DNA from: Antedon mediterranea
Lineage: Eukaryota > Animalia > Echinodermata
DNA: 64,000 nt
Direction: 5' to 3'
NCBI RefSeq assembly: GCF_964355755.1
Contig: NC_092675.1
Coordinates: forward strand, 12,085,812 to 12,149,811
The translations under genes and the position numbers were made by a program. Under the pieces are notes generated by a model. It worked only from the letters and a program-made list of their open reading frames with translations, was not told where the DNA came from and made no database searches. Of this stretch, positions 26,205-39,366 are shown in pieces. Each line of letters begins with the position of its first letter. Within the stretch, counting starts at the first letter, position 1.

Positions 26205-28960
26205 TATTGGTTATCCACATTTGGCGGATAACCCTTTTTCATTGTCAGGATGTTTTTTTTTTTCTATCTTATTAGTTATCCGCACTCAGCGGATACCTCC
26301 TTGTAATGGTCCTGTTTCTTTTTTTTCTTTATATAATTAATCTATTGTTATTGTTATTTTTTGTCCGCAGCAGATCTAAAAAACGGCGGTAGCAGTTATG
26401 TTGTACCTTGGCCAGCAGATGCACGTATATATGTAGTTGTGAAACAGACTTTGGTTTAATGAAAATATGGTCGCGTAGCGTAACTACGCGCGATTTCCTG
26501 AAATTCTTAGATTGACTATGAATTAAAAACCAATAGATATTTTTTAATTGACACACGTATGCTTCATGTCAAGGGTCATCTTTCTGTATCATCAGCAAAA
26601 TTGTGAACAATAGTATTTTTGCGAGTATGCGCGCTTAGAAAGGTTAAAATGCTCAAAATCAATTTCTACATGTTTCATTTTATTTCACGTTTCATTCAAT
26701 TTAAGCATTTCACATTAAAAAAACGCGCTTTTGCGTAATTAGCTCGTACGCAGCTTAGAAAGACCGTTTTTGCACTTGAGATTTTTCTTCTGTATACCTT
26801 TTATGATAAGTTCCTTTAATTTTTTTTATAAATTATGAATGTAAAATAATAACACACATACACGTCAAACTTCAAAAATAGTGTGCCGGAAAATGGTTAA
26901 TTTTATGCAAATTTGTGTAAAAATATGCCTTTTTTGAATCGATTATAGGATGGCTGGTCACCCCCTATACTTACTATAAAGCGCAATGAGTTGTAGATAT
27001 GAATTCATGTAAAATTTAGATCATAAGTATGTTATGACATCACAATATGGCCATCTGAATTTTAAAAATTGGATTTTTATCTTGTTCGACACAGTTCGTC
27101 ACATTCAATAGAGCGCATATCGCTTCAGACATATGAACTTTATTGGTTATCTGCACTTAATGTCGAGCGATGTGTGTCAGAATCATATAAATCCGAGTGG
27201 TCAAATAATATAATGCAAAAACCTCATTAAATTTATACTCAAAATTGAAACCTTTCCCTAATTTAGAAAAATATTTACTTGATAAAACAAATTTTTATGA
27301 GACAAGTCTGAAATTTAAATTAAGATCTAACACTCTACCTTTAGATTGTAAAACTTATAAATGGTCCAATGATGTGTCCGGTCTTTGTACTTTATGTGGG
27401 AATGGTGAAATTGAAGACATTAAACATTTTTTATTAAACTGTAAAGCATATAATATTAGAATGAAAGAATTATCCATTCTACAAAATAATCTTGTGCTCT
27501 GTAATGATTATGACACATGGAATCATTACACAACAGCAAGTGCTGATGATAAATTACAGTATATTTTAGGTGGAGATTCTATCGCAATTTGTAAAGAATC
27601 TGAGACCTTTTTTGTTTTGTTTTGTAAACAATACACAAGAGCTGCATGGGAGAAACGGTCAGAACTTAAATCTCCCAATATATAGATTGTTTTTCTTTGT
27701 ATTGTTGCTTTTATATATGATTTGTAAATATTATACACCTGTGATAACAACTATAGGTCCTCAGTACCTGATGTTGAAACACAATGGTTTGTAATGTAAA
27801 CTCTTTACTATATTTTATGTTTATTTTTATATACCTTTTTAAATTATCAACTCAAACCTATGATACTGTAGGACAATTTAATACAGTACCTGTATTACCA
27901 TGTTGATAATGATTTTTCTTTTATATTTTTGCCATATAATGTATTGTTTTGATGTATTATGTTAAATTGGATGCACCACTTCTGTGTGCCACCGATGCAA
28001 AGGTGTCATTTCCTAATAAATTATTATTATTATTACTTGGCGGATAACCCCTTAGTTATTGTCAGGATCTTTTTTTTTTCTTATTCTTCTTTCTTTCCAT
28101 GAATTTTGTTGTGCGTGTATCTAATTTTCTCAACATAACACTGTATAACTTTATCAGAAGATTGACCTATATCAGAAGATGTCGTAATAAGGTTTTCGGT
28201 GCTGTAACATACGCATGGTTATATGATTTTTAAAAATTTATCTTAAATTCAGAACCAAAAGGCATTTGTTATTGAAACGTAAGAAAATGATAATTCATAT
28301 TAAGGGTAAAATTTCTATGGAGTAAAAATGGCGTGTTGCACACAAAATTATGCGCGCATGCATGTTTAAAATTAAAAAATGCAAAAAAATCAAATTCTAA
28401 TCAACTTTCTACGCGTTTAAAATGTTAAAATTTCCATGTGTGTGCAAATTTTTACGTGCGCGATAACAAAACATTTTTTTTCCAGCCTTTTCTAGTAATT
28501 TTACCAACTTTTAAACAATTTCAACTTATACGCATCATACGAGCATGTCGAATTGAACAATTTGCGCGCGTTTTTGAAAATCAAAATGATGCCTTTTTTT
28601 AAACAGTCGCTACATTTATTTTCATTACATTGATATCGGATCATGCATCAATATGGCTAACCGGACATGACGTGACGTCATCGTATGGCCACTCGAATAT
28701 AAAATAAAGGATTTTTGTCTCTTTCGTCATAGCTGATCACATTTAATAGAGCACATTTCCACTTATCCGTATTCCATTCCCCCCATTTTTTTATATTGTC
28801 TAGGTCAATCAATTATTTTTCGCATGATTTACCATTTAAAAAATTGTGATGACGTCATCATGTTCAAAAGCGTGAATAACTTGGCTCACTTATTTTCATC
28901 ATTCCATTAAATTTAAATATGGTATAGCTCCTCAGAGTGAAAATTGATACTCATGATTAA
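26205..28960 (+). mobile_element. Helentron-like family fragments (26205-27130; 27144-27158 plus 28036-28960)
   Basis: 5' motif gttatccgcacttggcggataac repeated. Bodies similar to 61217-62748. Confidence 0.65.
27159..28035 (+). mobile_element. 5'-truncated LINE 3' end (RTEX-like CCHC C-terminus) with (ATT)n tail
   Basis: LEKYL..LKFKLRSNTLPL..CTLCGNGEIEDIKHFLLNCKAY, then AATAAA plus (ATT)n. It splits gttatctgcactt|acttggcggataac. Confidence 0.8.
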
Positions 28961-29315
28961 TACTCTAGTAGCTAGATCAACTTTCATATGCACTTTGAGG
29001 TCCAGAGAATTTGACTTCAGAAATTGGTTTAGGATGGTCAAACAATCATTTTACACATTTTGAAAATGTGGCGAAAGGTGAAAAGGTCAGGGTGAAAGGT
29101 TATAATACCAAAAACCAATAGGTCCTTAAATCTCGACAACCACTGGTCACAGCAAGGTAATTTTGGTCTCAAATTGATCAAAAGGTATATATTTATATTC
29201 AGTCTAATGGGGCATTTTAGTCAAAAATGACCGGAAATGCCATTTCTAAACTTTGACCCACTACACAGAGCATGTATGTATCTCTGTAAGTTCTGGTCGT
29301 AGACACTTGAATTGG
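28961..29315. mobile_element. Solo left end of the Academ-like foldback family at 57924-60866
   Basis: Begins TACTCTAGTAGCTAGATCAAC after TAA and follows 57924-58290 closely. Confidence 0.85.
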
Positions 29316-30618
29316 GTCCATGGTTGGCCATCACGTACTAATATTATGGGAATGCCTACCAAGACCGTCGCCATAACAACACACGTATCTGTATCTGAGC
29401 AGTATGGTATATATAGAGTCAGTTAGTTAGAGGGAGTAATAATACTGTATACTAAATAGATCCAAGACACAGAGGCTGCTCACTTTGACTTAAAAAATGG
29501 ATGAGTCCTTAGTTTATTCGGCAATCTACATTGTTTGGTAAAGCGTTTATCAATGTATGTTGTCCGTTTGTAAAAAATATGTTGTTCACGTAAAAGTATG
29601 TTGTTCGTTTGTGAAAGTACGTTGTTTTTTTTTGCATTAGTTCGTTCGTTTGTGAAAGTACTTGTTTGTTTTACTTTTGTAATTTTGGCGGCGATTGCCT
29701 TCCATACATAGTGCCTTTGCAATTTAATACTAATTTTTTTTTCTTTTCAAATTAGTAACATGTGTCATTACAAAAAAAACTATCCAAAAACTAGGAACAT
29801 GGAAATCCCCAAATACTGTGCTTTCAATTAAAATAAGAGAATACCAATTTTGTAAAATTGTATATGTAATGTTTCTGTTACACCACACATTTTTGGTCAA
29901 ACTAACTAAACAAATTTGACTGGAAAAAAGAAAGCTTTAATATATATAATAAAATACGTCAAACATAATCTTCAATGGAGAGGAGAGTTTTTTGTATCTC
30001 TGCAAAACTTCGAAAGTGTGAATGTAGCTTAAAACCATCAATTTCAACTGATGCAGCCAACACAAATCCCGAGAAAGTCTTTTGTTAATAGTTTAGACCA
30101 GAATACAAAACATGTACTGTATCAATTAATATGTGCAATTCCTTCATTATTGACTTAATGAAAACTTGACTAACACACTTTTATTTCCCTCAATTATTTC
30201 AAGCATTTATTTACTAGATGTGCTTGGCAAACATACTGACTACTGGCACACTTTTGGACAGAAAGGTGAAAGTGTCCTGAATAATATGTTAAAAAAGTAC
30301 ATATTTTTAAATTCCCACAGTGACCATTATAATGTATAGTTAATAAACTTTGGCATAGATTTTGCAATGGTTTAATTTAAGAATGCAGAATAATGGCAGA
30401 AGAGTGCACTGGACAATTATTTTCAGTGATATTTTAGACTCTATATTTCGAAAACTACAAGTCAGATTTCCATAATTCTTTCTATATTATGATATTGATA
30501 CAAAATATTAACAGGCAATGAATAATGTTATCCCTAGTAGTAGGCAATAGTATGTGGTCACTACAAGCTTGGAGTAATTCCCCTACCCTGGAATATGTAC
30601 ATTGTCATTACGATAGTT

Positions 30619-31053
30619 TAGTTTATGAATATAATTACACAAAATGCTTACTAGTATAGTACTACTGATATAAAAATATAAATAATTGATAATAAATAAT
30701 TATTATAGTTTATGAATATAATTACACAAAATGCTTACTAGTAGTGTACTGATATAAAAATATAAATAATTGATAATAAATAATTATTATAGTTTATGAA
30801 TATAATTACACAAAATGTTCACTAGTATTAGTACTACTACTGATATAAAAATATAAATAATTGATAATAAATAATTATTATAGTTTATGAATATAATTAC
30901 ACAAAATGTTTACTAGTAGTACTAGTACTACTACTGATATAAAAATATAAATAATTGATAATAAATAATTATTATAGTTTATGAATATAATTACACAAAA
31001 TGTTCACTAGTAGTAGTACTACTACTGATATAAAAATATAAATAATTGATAAT
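30619..31053. repeat. AT-rich minisatellite, 5 units of 84-94 bp
   Basis: Units start at 30619, 30706, 30790, 30881 and 30975. Length varies in an internal (TAG/TAC)n tract. Confidence 0.95.
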
Positions 31054-31169
31054 CTAAATCCAAAGGCAAATTACTGAAAAAATTAAAATGCTGTGGCTGG
31101 ATCTCAATGGAGACACAAAAAAAGCGAAAAGCTAAATCAAGACGATAAGTAAAACAGCCAGAAAAGTTA

Positions 31170-31210
31170 GCAGAGCTTTCGGGCAACACTAGCCCTTCAT
31201 CAGTGCAAGT
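31170..31210 (-). ncRNA. Minimal type I hammerhead ribozyme motif (family A, intact core) within Penelope-like fragment 31057-31210
   Basis: Minus strand: ttgca CTGATGA a GGGC tagtgtt GCCC GAAA GC TC tgc. Palindromic AGCT stem III, as in PLE minimal hammerheads. Confidence 0.75.
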
Positions 31211-33894
31211 CCTTAATTAATTGATAATCTATAATGCTACTAAATTATTCGCATATTTTACGTATCTCCTCCAAAACCACTGAACGTTACATGCTCACAT
31301 TTGGCACACTGATGTTTATTGATGGGCCGCACACGATAGGCTATGTCACTTTCTTGAATTGTAAGGATAAACACTAAAAAAGGGCAAAAAATAGCAGTAA
31401 TTTGATGTCTCAGCGACCATGTTACGTCATTGTATAAACTACGTAGCCTCCTCTGTTGTGTACCGCCATGGCCGGATCTACAAATACCATGCTGGGCCGC
31501 TAAAATAACAGTAGTCAACCGCATCGAATGATCGCGTCGTTGAAGTTTTAATTAATTACACCTATTCTTTGAACAGAATGACCGTAAATCACGGTTTGGC
31601 TCAGTGAGTAAAACGATGTGGCCATAGATATCAATGCTTAGTACGTTCAAGTTCAATCCGCGACATATGTAATAATTAAGTATCGCCGGTTAAAGCTAAA
31701 AATCAAAACTAGACCACAATGTATAATTACAAAACTAGCAAAAAAGATACGAAACTCCCACAAAAAAAAGTGCAAAATATAAAAAACCATGAAAAAAAAA
31801 TGTAAATGAACTAAAAACACACACACACACACACACAAATAAAACGAATCCAAATGGGTGTCGTGTTTCCACAAAATATCAACATCAAAAAAAAAAATAG
31901 AGCGCAACATTTAATTTCGAACACTTTTTGTGTCCGTAAGCAGCTGTAGTTTTATTATTCTATAACTTATTTCATATTCATATTGTATCATTAAAATGTT
32001 TTAATCTGCCGACTGATTGACATACTTCATATATCCCATATCCTGAGTATTGCGCTTTTATACTTAATCATTCCATGAAAATTATTATTAAGGCAGACAA
32101 GACCGTGCAGAGCACAGGTTACTGCAATAGACCACAATTTAATTACAGAAGTAGAAAATAGCTAACAAATATCAAAACCATTGAAATAAAAATAAAATTT
32201 AAATGAATAAAAATGAACACACACAAACAAAACGATTCCAAATGGTTTTATATATTGTTGAACATGAAAACAACTTAACAATTCATGTTTCCGCAGCAAT
32301 GTATTTTTAATCAATTTATGTTAAACTTTTTTATTTTATCTGTATGTATCAAATAATTAATACGGACGAAAAAAAACCCCAAAATAATATAGTTTGGCAT
32401 TTTATAGTTTCGTTAGTGTTTGCGCGCGCATCATCTAATTCACACAGCACAATTTTTCTTTAGCATCTTTAAGTTTGAACAATAAAGTCTAAAGTTCCAT
32501 ATCCACTATTGCTTTCATTGTTTAGCCTACATATATTTTAAAGTGAAGGGATATGTGTATAACAAATCAATGGCCGTGCCGTAAATACAGTAGTATAATA
32601 ATAATAGTTGTTTTTATTTTAATAATTTGTCAAAGTACAGTACTTTTATTAGAATGCGTTTTTATTATACTCGCCCATGCAAAGTATATAACCACATATT
32701 AAAGCAGAAAAAGGGTTACTGCTAGTAAATAATTATTTCTGAAGAACAATAATTAAACTATTAAGTCAAAAGTCGAGTGGCGTTTTTTGTAAGAAATATT
32801 TTATGTTTATATTATCTATAAAGTAACTGTACAAAATTATCAATGTGTATAATATAACACAAAAAAATAAATAATGCCCGCACTATTTCAAATTGCGCAA
32901 AAATTTTCTTGTGCAATTTGAATGAAAATATGAAATTCAAATTGCGCAGAAAATTTCAAACTGTGCAAGGTATTTTCAGTAGGGCTATTTAATAAACCAA
33001 AGTTTGATAGGCCTAAAATCTAATGTATACATTTATAAATAAAATGTTATAAATATAGGCCTAGGCCTAAAAGAATAAAATGATTTAAGTTTTAAACAAG
33101 AAATTTGATGACAACATTAGGCCTTTCCGTCATGTGGATAGGTGGTTATGATGAAAGTTGCAGAGCTTCCCCTTTTCTGCCTACTACATTCCACGTTATT
33201 TTGTGTTTAAATTGTGCAAGAAATTATATCGTAATTTCAAATTAACCCTTTCTTGTTGTTTTTTTGTTCGAGAAAAAAAATTGAAAATATTTCTAAACAA
33301 TACTTTCAAAAGTAAATGAGTAAGTAAGTAAATTTTAAATCGATGTTTCTAAAAAAGCTCCCTGCAGTAGAATGCTGTATGCTGCAAGGGTCATCATATT
33401 TACCGGTAGGTCAATAGGATAGCTATATGTTTGTAGTTGAAAATAAAACCAAATTGAAACATCATTGATGATACCCTTTAATTGACTGTAAGTTCATTAA
33501 TATTAATTAGGCTGCGTTAGGTGTATCAATACTAATAGTGAACATGGCACATTTAATGATAGTCTGATTTAACTGGTAATAGCCTACACATTTATTGGGA
33601 GATGACTTTTACCTAGTGCCATCTCATACTATAGCTCAAGGTCATTGATTAGCTCAATTAACTAAAAGTATTTGATTTATATCTGCTATTTTATATCAAT
33701 TAATATTATTTCTAACAATTAGGAATGATTTATATTTCTGGATGCACTTACTAATCACATGTTCTATCTCCTTATTCTTACAAATGTATTCAAGTACACA
33801 TAAAAAACATATGAAAGAAACACTGAGTCCACTAAACTGAATGTTATGTTGAGCAATTACGGTCAGTGGAAACTATCTCACCACACATGATTAA

Positions 33895-34821
33895 CGCCCG
33901 TATTCTTAAACCGGACTTTAGTCGTAGTTCGAAGTTCGACTTGAAAAAGTCGTAGTTCGAGCTATTACTTCAAATTCGATTCAAAAACGAAGTAGTCGAA
34001 GTTTGCAGTTCGACTTAATGAAGTCGAGCTTTTAGTCGAGTTGCACACGTCTGGGTAACAAAGGCTATACATTGGCCAATGACAAGAGAGTATTTGAGGA
34101 GCAGACGAAATTTTGCGCATTGATATCACTTTACATTTTCTTACAACACTTTTTACGCATCAGGACTATACATGAAAAATAATTTTAATCGTTAATTATT
34201 AGAACAAGATCAGTATTAATTTAACAGTGAAGTACTTTTGATTAACAACAAACAAAATCTTCAAAATATATTTAGGAACCATGGCGGTACGGTAACTTTT
34301 ATATTTTCTAGGCCCCCAACAAAGTATGATCGCGACGAACCACGTACTTCATAGCGTGACAAGAAAGCGCTAGGCCCCCTAAACATTCCATCGCGTGGTG
34401 AATTTCCGCATCTGCCATTGTCGCTATGGCGTGACGTAGTTGAAGTCGGACTTGCGCGAAGAAAATTATGTAATTTGTATACAGTTGTAAATAAAGATGA
34501 TTTTCATTATTATAACATATACCAATGTATATTTAATTAAGCTAATATAAAAATAGATATTTCATTCTTCAATATCTGGCCAATAATAACAACTCAATGG
34601 CTGTTACGTTTTTCATAAACATCGTTTAAAAACCATTTAGTCGACCATTTAGCCTGCCCCCTCCAGGACTAAAAAAATTAATCAAAATCCGTCTCGATTT
34701 AGTCGAGGTTGGCCTGAATTAGTCGGCGATTTAGTTGAAGTTCGGTTTATGAATTAAAATGACGTCATTTTTTTAGTTTTAGCTCGAACTACGACTAAAG
34801 TCCGGTTTAAGAATACGGGCG
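33895..34821. mobile_element. PIF/Harbinger-like MITE
   Basis: ~37-bp TIR CGCCCGTATTCTTAAACCGGACTTTAGTCGTAGTTCGA. TSD TAA. Confidence 0.9.
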
Positions 34822-35708
34822 TAAGTATCTAGATCGATGATAAATAAAATTGCCAGAGATCCCATTTATGCACATTCAATTTTATACATGTGATCAATTA
34901 ATTGGAAGCGTTCCAGTAATTGAATATCCCAGATTTTATCAACAGATCGATCAATCCTATCTATACCAATGTAAATTTCAAATAGTTGGCAACAGTTTTG
35001 TTATTAAAAATGTTTTATAAAGTATTTCATGAAAAAAAGGCACAACCTGTCAACAACATATCAGAATATGAGGCAGGTGAATATTAGTATTTCCGTAGGT
35101 TTTGTTCTTTACAGGTATACATGTACAAAGGTTGACCAGTCTCAAGTCATTAAACCATTTTTTAACCAATAATTGTAAAAACTTTAGAATGCTGTGTGAT
35201 AGAATGTGTTGAAAGAAGGTGATGGAATGCTCAATTCTCAGCTGGTTTGAATGGTGTGATAAATGTCCTCCCTGTCATATTAAAGATTTATTCAACCTAA
35301 AAAAAAGTAAGATCTTTTTTCCCAATTCAGTTTTGGCAGTGTCCTAGCTTCAGAAAGATTTTGCATTATTACAGTAGGTGATTCGAACTATGTAAATCGC
35401 CTATTGTTATTGATAGGATCGCTTTTCTCTTCCTCTTTCCTTCAATCTTTTTTTGTGTGCAAGTTCTGTAAAATGTACTAAGCTGTATTTTTGTACAGCT
35501 GACAGGTGTATATTCTTCTATGCCTGTAAATTATATTATATAAGATATACATACCTTATATATATATTGTTTATACTGTATCTCTACCAAGCTACCTTCC
35601 TTGTTTTCTACTCTTATTCAGACTCCACCCTGTCTCCTTTTGTTGTATTTGTTGTATTCCTGTTCACACAAGCAGCACTTATACTATGACATTATCCAAA
35701 TTCCTTCA

Positions 35709-35751
35709 CTTGCACTGATGAAGGGCTAGTGTTGCCCGAAAGCTCTGCTAA
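35709..35751 (+). ncRNA. Minimal hammerhead ribozyme motif (family A, intact core) within pLTR-like segment ~35550-35876, followed by (AT)n
   Basis: CTGATGA 35715-35721, GGGC/GCCC stem II, GAAA 35738-35741, then GCTC|tgc. Confidence 0.75.
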
Positions 35752-35872
35752 CTTTTCTGGCTGTTTTACTTTATCGTTTTGATTTAGCTTTTCGCTTTTT
35801 TTTTTGTATCTCCATTGACATCCAGCCACTGATACCCACAGCATTGTCATTTTTTCAGTAATTTGCCTTTGG

Positions 35873-35918
<46 letters not shown>

Positions 35919-35920
<2 letters not shown>

Positions 35921-35955
35921 GACATGTTTCGGACATAGCCCATCATCAGGTGAAG
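35919..35955 (-). ncRNA. Minimal hammerhead ribozyme motif (family B, intact core); mutated twin at 36403-36440 (+)
   Basis: Minus strand: ttcac CTGATGA t GGGC tat GTCC GAAA CATG TC gt. Palindromic ACATGT stem III and a GUC cleavage triplet. Confidence 0.75.
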
Positions 35956-36510
35956 AGAATTGTAACAAAGGAGAACATATATAAGTCACAAAATTACATA
36001 ATAAAACAAATCAGCCAATCAAAGGGCATAGTAAGTTATAAAGGCACGTCTCCAAAAGCTTTGGGGTACAAAGCAGAAATTACCTGTAGCCACCCATTTT
36101 TGTAATAATGAGCATTCCCTTTCGGATATTACAATTTCTGGTGTTAAGGTATGTAATGGTTCTGAGACATCTCGTAGAATTATAGAAGAAAGAATAATTG
36201 TAAAGCTTGGCACTATTGCCCCTACCGGCATAAATGTACAATTTAGATCTTTTAAACATTAATTTTGCCAGAGACATTCACATATTAACAATTATTCACA
36301 CTTGAAGCTTTTGTCTTTGTTTTAAATTATTTCCTGCTTTATAAGCAATCATTTCTGCTTTGTACCCCAAATACCTATATGTTATCCTTTGTTACAATTC
36401 TCTTCACCCGATGATGGGCTATGCCCTAAACATGTCGTAAAAATAAACTTATATTGAGGCAGTTTTTAACTTATTTGATCTTGATTTTTTTCTATATATC
36501 CTGCCTATGC
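35920..36510 (+). mobile_element. Penelope-like (Neptune-type) retroelement 3' end with inverted partial pLTR
   Basis: Plus frame ~36084-36260 encodes PVATHFCNNEHSLSDITISGVKVC..RRIIEERIIVKLGTIAPTGINVQF (GIY-YIG C-terminus). 35920-35985 is an inverted copy of 36375-36438. It abuts (AT)n. Confidence 0.85.
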
Positions 36511-37920
36511 AGCTCTTTGATTTATATATATATATATGTAATTGTGCACCTGCCTTTTATTCAAATACAATCGCTTAGCTATAACTATGCACAACTTTAT
36601 GCAATTCTAAGATTGATTATAAATTCAAAATCAAAAGACATTTTCCATGAACCTTCACATCCTAGTGTGCAGAACAATCATTTCCACGCATACAAACACT
36701 TACAAGTTAATATGCATGTAATAGAAACACCATGGAGGCCTATAGGCTAGTCAATCTAGCAAAAAAAACAGCCCAAAGTGAAACAAATTGCAAACAGAGA
36801 TTTTTCTTTTTTAAATGCAGGTCATATATAATGAGGAGATCAACATTTGAGCATCACACCTCTGTCACTCATCCCGATAATATGCAAATTAGCTTAAATA
36901 TGCAAATTAGGGTGAAATTACAGGGTTACCATCTCAAAAACTACTAGTCCGAGAGAGTTGATTTTTTCACTGATCTATTCAAAATGTATATATTTATATT
37001 TACTCTAATGAAACATTTTACGAAAAAATGACCGAAGTACAACATTTGACCTTCGACCCCATTTCTCAATGTTTGCATATACAATAATAATAATAATAAC
37101 AACTTTATTTAAAAACGGATGCAACACTTGAATCACCATATTGGTGTTTTTCACAAGGCCATTACTTACTACAAAACTATTTATACTATTACACAAGTTA
37201 TCATTTACAGTACAAAAAAAAAAAAAAAAAAAAAAAAAAAAGTGACTAAAATGTCTGTAGAGACTTTATTTTGTCCTCAAATGACCCAGACATAGGTTCC
37301 TAAATAGCCAGCATAGGATCACTTTGTAATTCCCAAAATCACACCTTTGTCACACACCTCGAAAGTATGCAAATTAGTAGTACAATTTAAATAAAATTTG
37401 CAAATAAGGGGAAAAAATTACAGTTGTCCTATATCTCGAAAACCACTAATGCTAGAGAGCTGAATTTTTCACAGCCGTATTCAGAATGTACATATTTCTA
37501 TTTGCTCCAATCAAACATTTTACAAAAAATTGACCGGAAGTATGACATTGACCCTCGACCCCATTTCTCAATATTGCATATATAATGAAACTAAAATGTC
37601 TGTAGAGACTTTGTTTTGCAATTAGTTACATGAAATATGCAAATTAGAGGGTGAAATTACGGGTTCCTATATATCGAAAACCACTAAGGCTAGAGAGTTG
37701 ATTTTTTCAATAACTTGTTCAGAATGTACATATTTATATTTATTTAATTTAAGAATGACCGGAAATACAACAATTGACCCTCGACCCCATTTATCAATGT
37801 TTGCATACATAATGCGACTAAAATGTCTGTAGAGACTTTGTTTCGGACTCAAATAACTCTAGATACATGTTTCCTATAGTCAGCATAGGACCGCTTTGTA
37901 ATTCCCAAAATCACGCCTTC

Positions 37921-38027
37921 GTTTTGGCATGGTTGGAATTCCCTTTTTTCGTATTAGTTTATGTACAGCGCTTAGAGGTTTCACAACATTAGGCGCTATA
38001 TAAATCCAGGATATTATTATTATTATT
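37921..38027 (+). mobile_element. L2-like LINE/SINE 3' tail with (TTA)n
   Basis: gtacagcgcttagaggtttcacaacattaggcgctatataaatccaggat(att)n. An inverted paralogue at 57868-57923 plus 60867-60912 is split by the foldback element. Confidence 0.7.
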
Positions 38028-38216
38028 TCTCAATATTTGCATATAATGCAACTAAAATGTATGTACAGACTTTGTTTTGGCCTCAAATGACTCGGATACA
38101 GGTTTTATATAGCCAGTATAATTCAAGCACCTCGAAAGTATGCAAATTAGTAGTACAAGCTATATGAAATATGCAAATTACAGTGAATTGCCTTATGTAT
38201 TTCAAAAACGCTAATG

Positions 38217-38251
<35 letters not shown>

Positions 38252-38361
38252 TGGCAACTTTCTTGTACTACTGATTTGCATACTTTCAAGCGAAGTAACA
38301 GAGGTGTGGTTTTGAGAATTACTAAACAGTTCTATGCTGGCTATAGAAAACATCTGGGTCA

Positions 38362-38527
38362 CGAGGAAGGCAGAAAACCAACTTTCTGAGATACATCCAA
38401 CAGCTTTTAGGGGATGAAGGAGGCATGATTACAAACTGATAAGCTGTCAGAGTTAGCCAAGGACCGTTGTGGCTGCAGAAACTTGTAGTCGCCTGCTCCG
38501 CAGCCGCTCCGCAGCCGACTGATGATG
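38362..38527 (+). mobile_element. RTE-like LINE 3' fragment
   Basis: LAKDRCG..LVVACSAA, (TGA)n tail, 10-bp TSD ATCTGGGTCA. Confidence 0.75.
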
Positions 38528-39366
38528 ATCTGGGTCATTATCAAAAAAAAAAATTAACGAAAGTATGACATTTGACCCTCGAACCCATTTCTCAATATTT
38601 GCATATAATGCAACTAAAATGTATGTACAGACTTTGTTTTGGCCTCAAATGACTTGGATACAGGTTTTATAGCCAGTATAGCATCGTTTAGTAATTCCAA
38701 AAGTCAAGCAACTCGAAAGTATGCAAATTATTAGTACAAGTTATATGAAATATGCAAATTACAGCCTTATGTATCTCGAAAAACGCTAATGACCGATAGA
38801 GATATGGCAACTTTCACCTCTTGTACTACTAATTTGCATATTTTCTAGGGAAGTAACAAAGGTGTGATTTTGAGAATTACTAACAGTTCTATGCTGGCTA
38901 TAGAAAACCTGTATCTGAGTCATTTGAGGCCAAAACAGTCTGTACAGATATTTTAGTTGAATTATATGAAAATATTGAGAAATAGGGTCAAGGGTCAAAT
39001 GTCATAATTCAATCAAGACAATTTTTGCGTAAAATGTTTCATTACAGCGAATATAAATATGTACATTCTGAATCAACTCTGAATTCAAATCAACTCTCTA
39101 GCATTAATGGTTTTCGAGATATGGGAAGACTGTAATTTAACCCCTAATTTGCATATTTCATGTAACTTTTACTAATAATTTGCATACTTTCAAGGTGTGT
39201 CACAAAGATGTGATTTTGGGAATTACAAAGAAGTCCTATGCTGACGATAGGAAAACTGTATCCGAGGCATTTGAGTCCAAAAAAATTATCTACAGACATT
39301 TTAGTCGCATTATGTATGCAAACACTGATAAATAGGGTCAAGGGTCAATTGTTGTATTTCCGGTCA

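Noticed and set aside
30619-31053. CRISPR-like periodicity (also 9620-9880)
   Set aside because: No unique spacers and no cas genes in a eukaryotic intron; these are ordinary tandem repeats.
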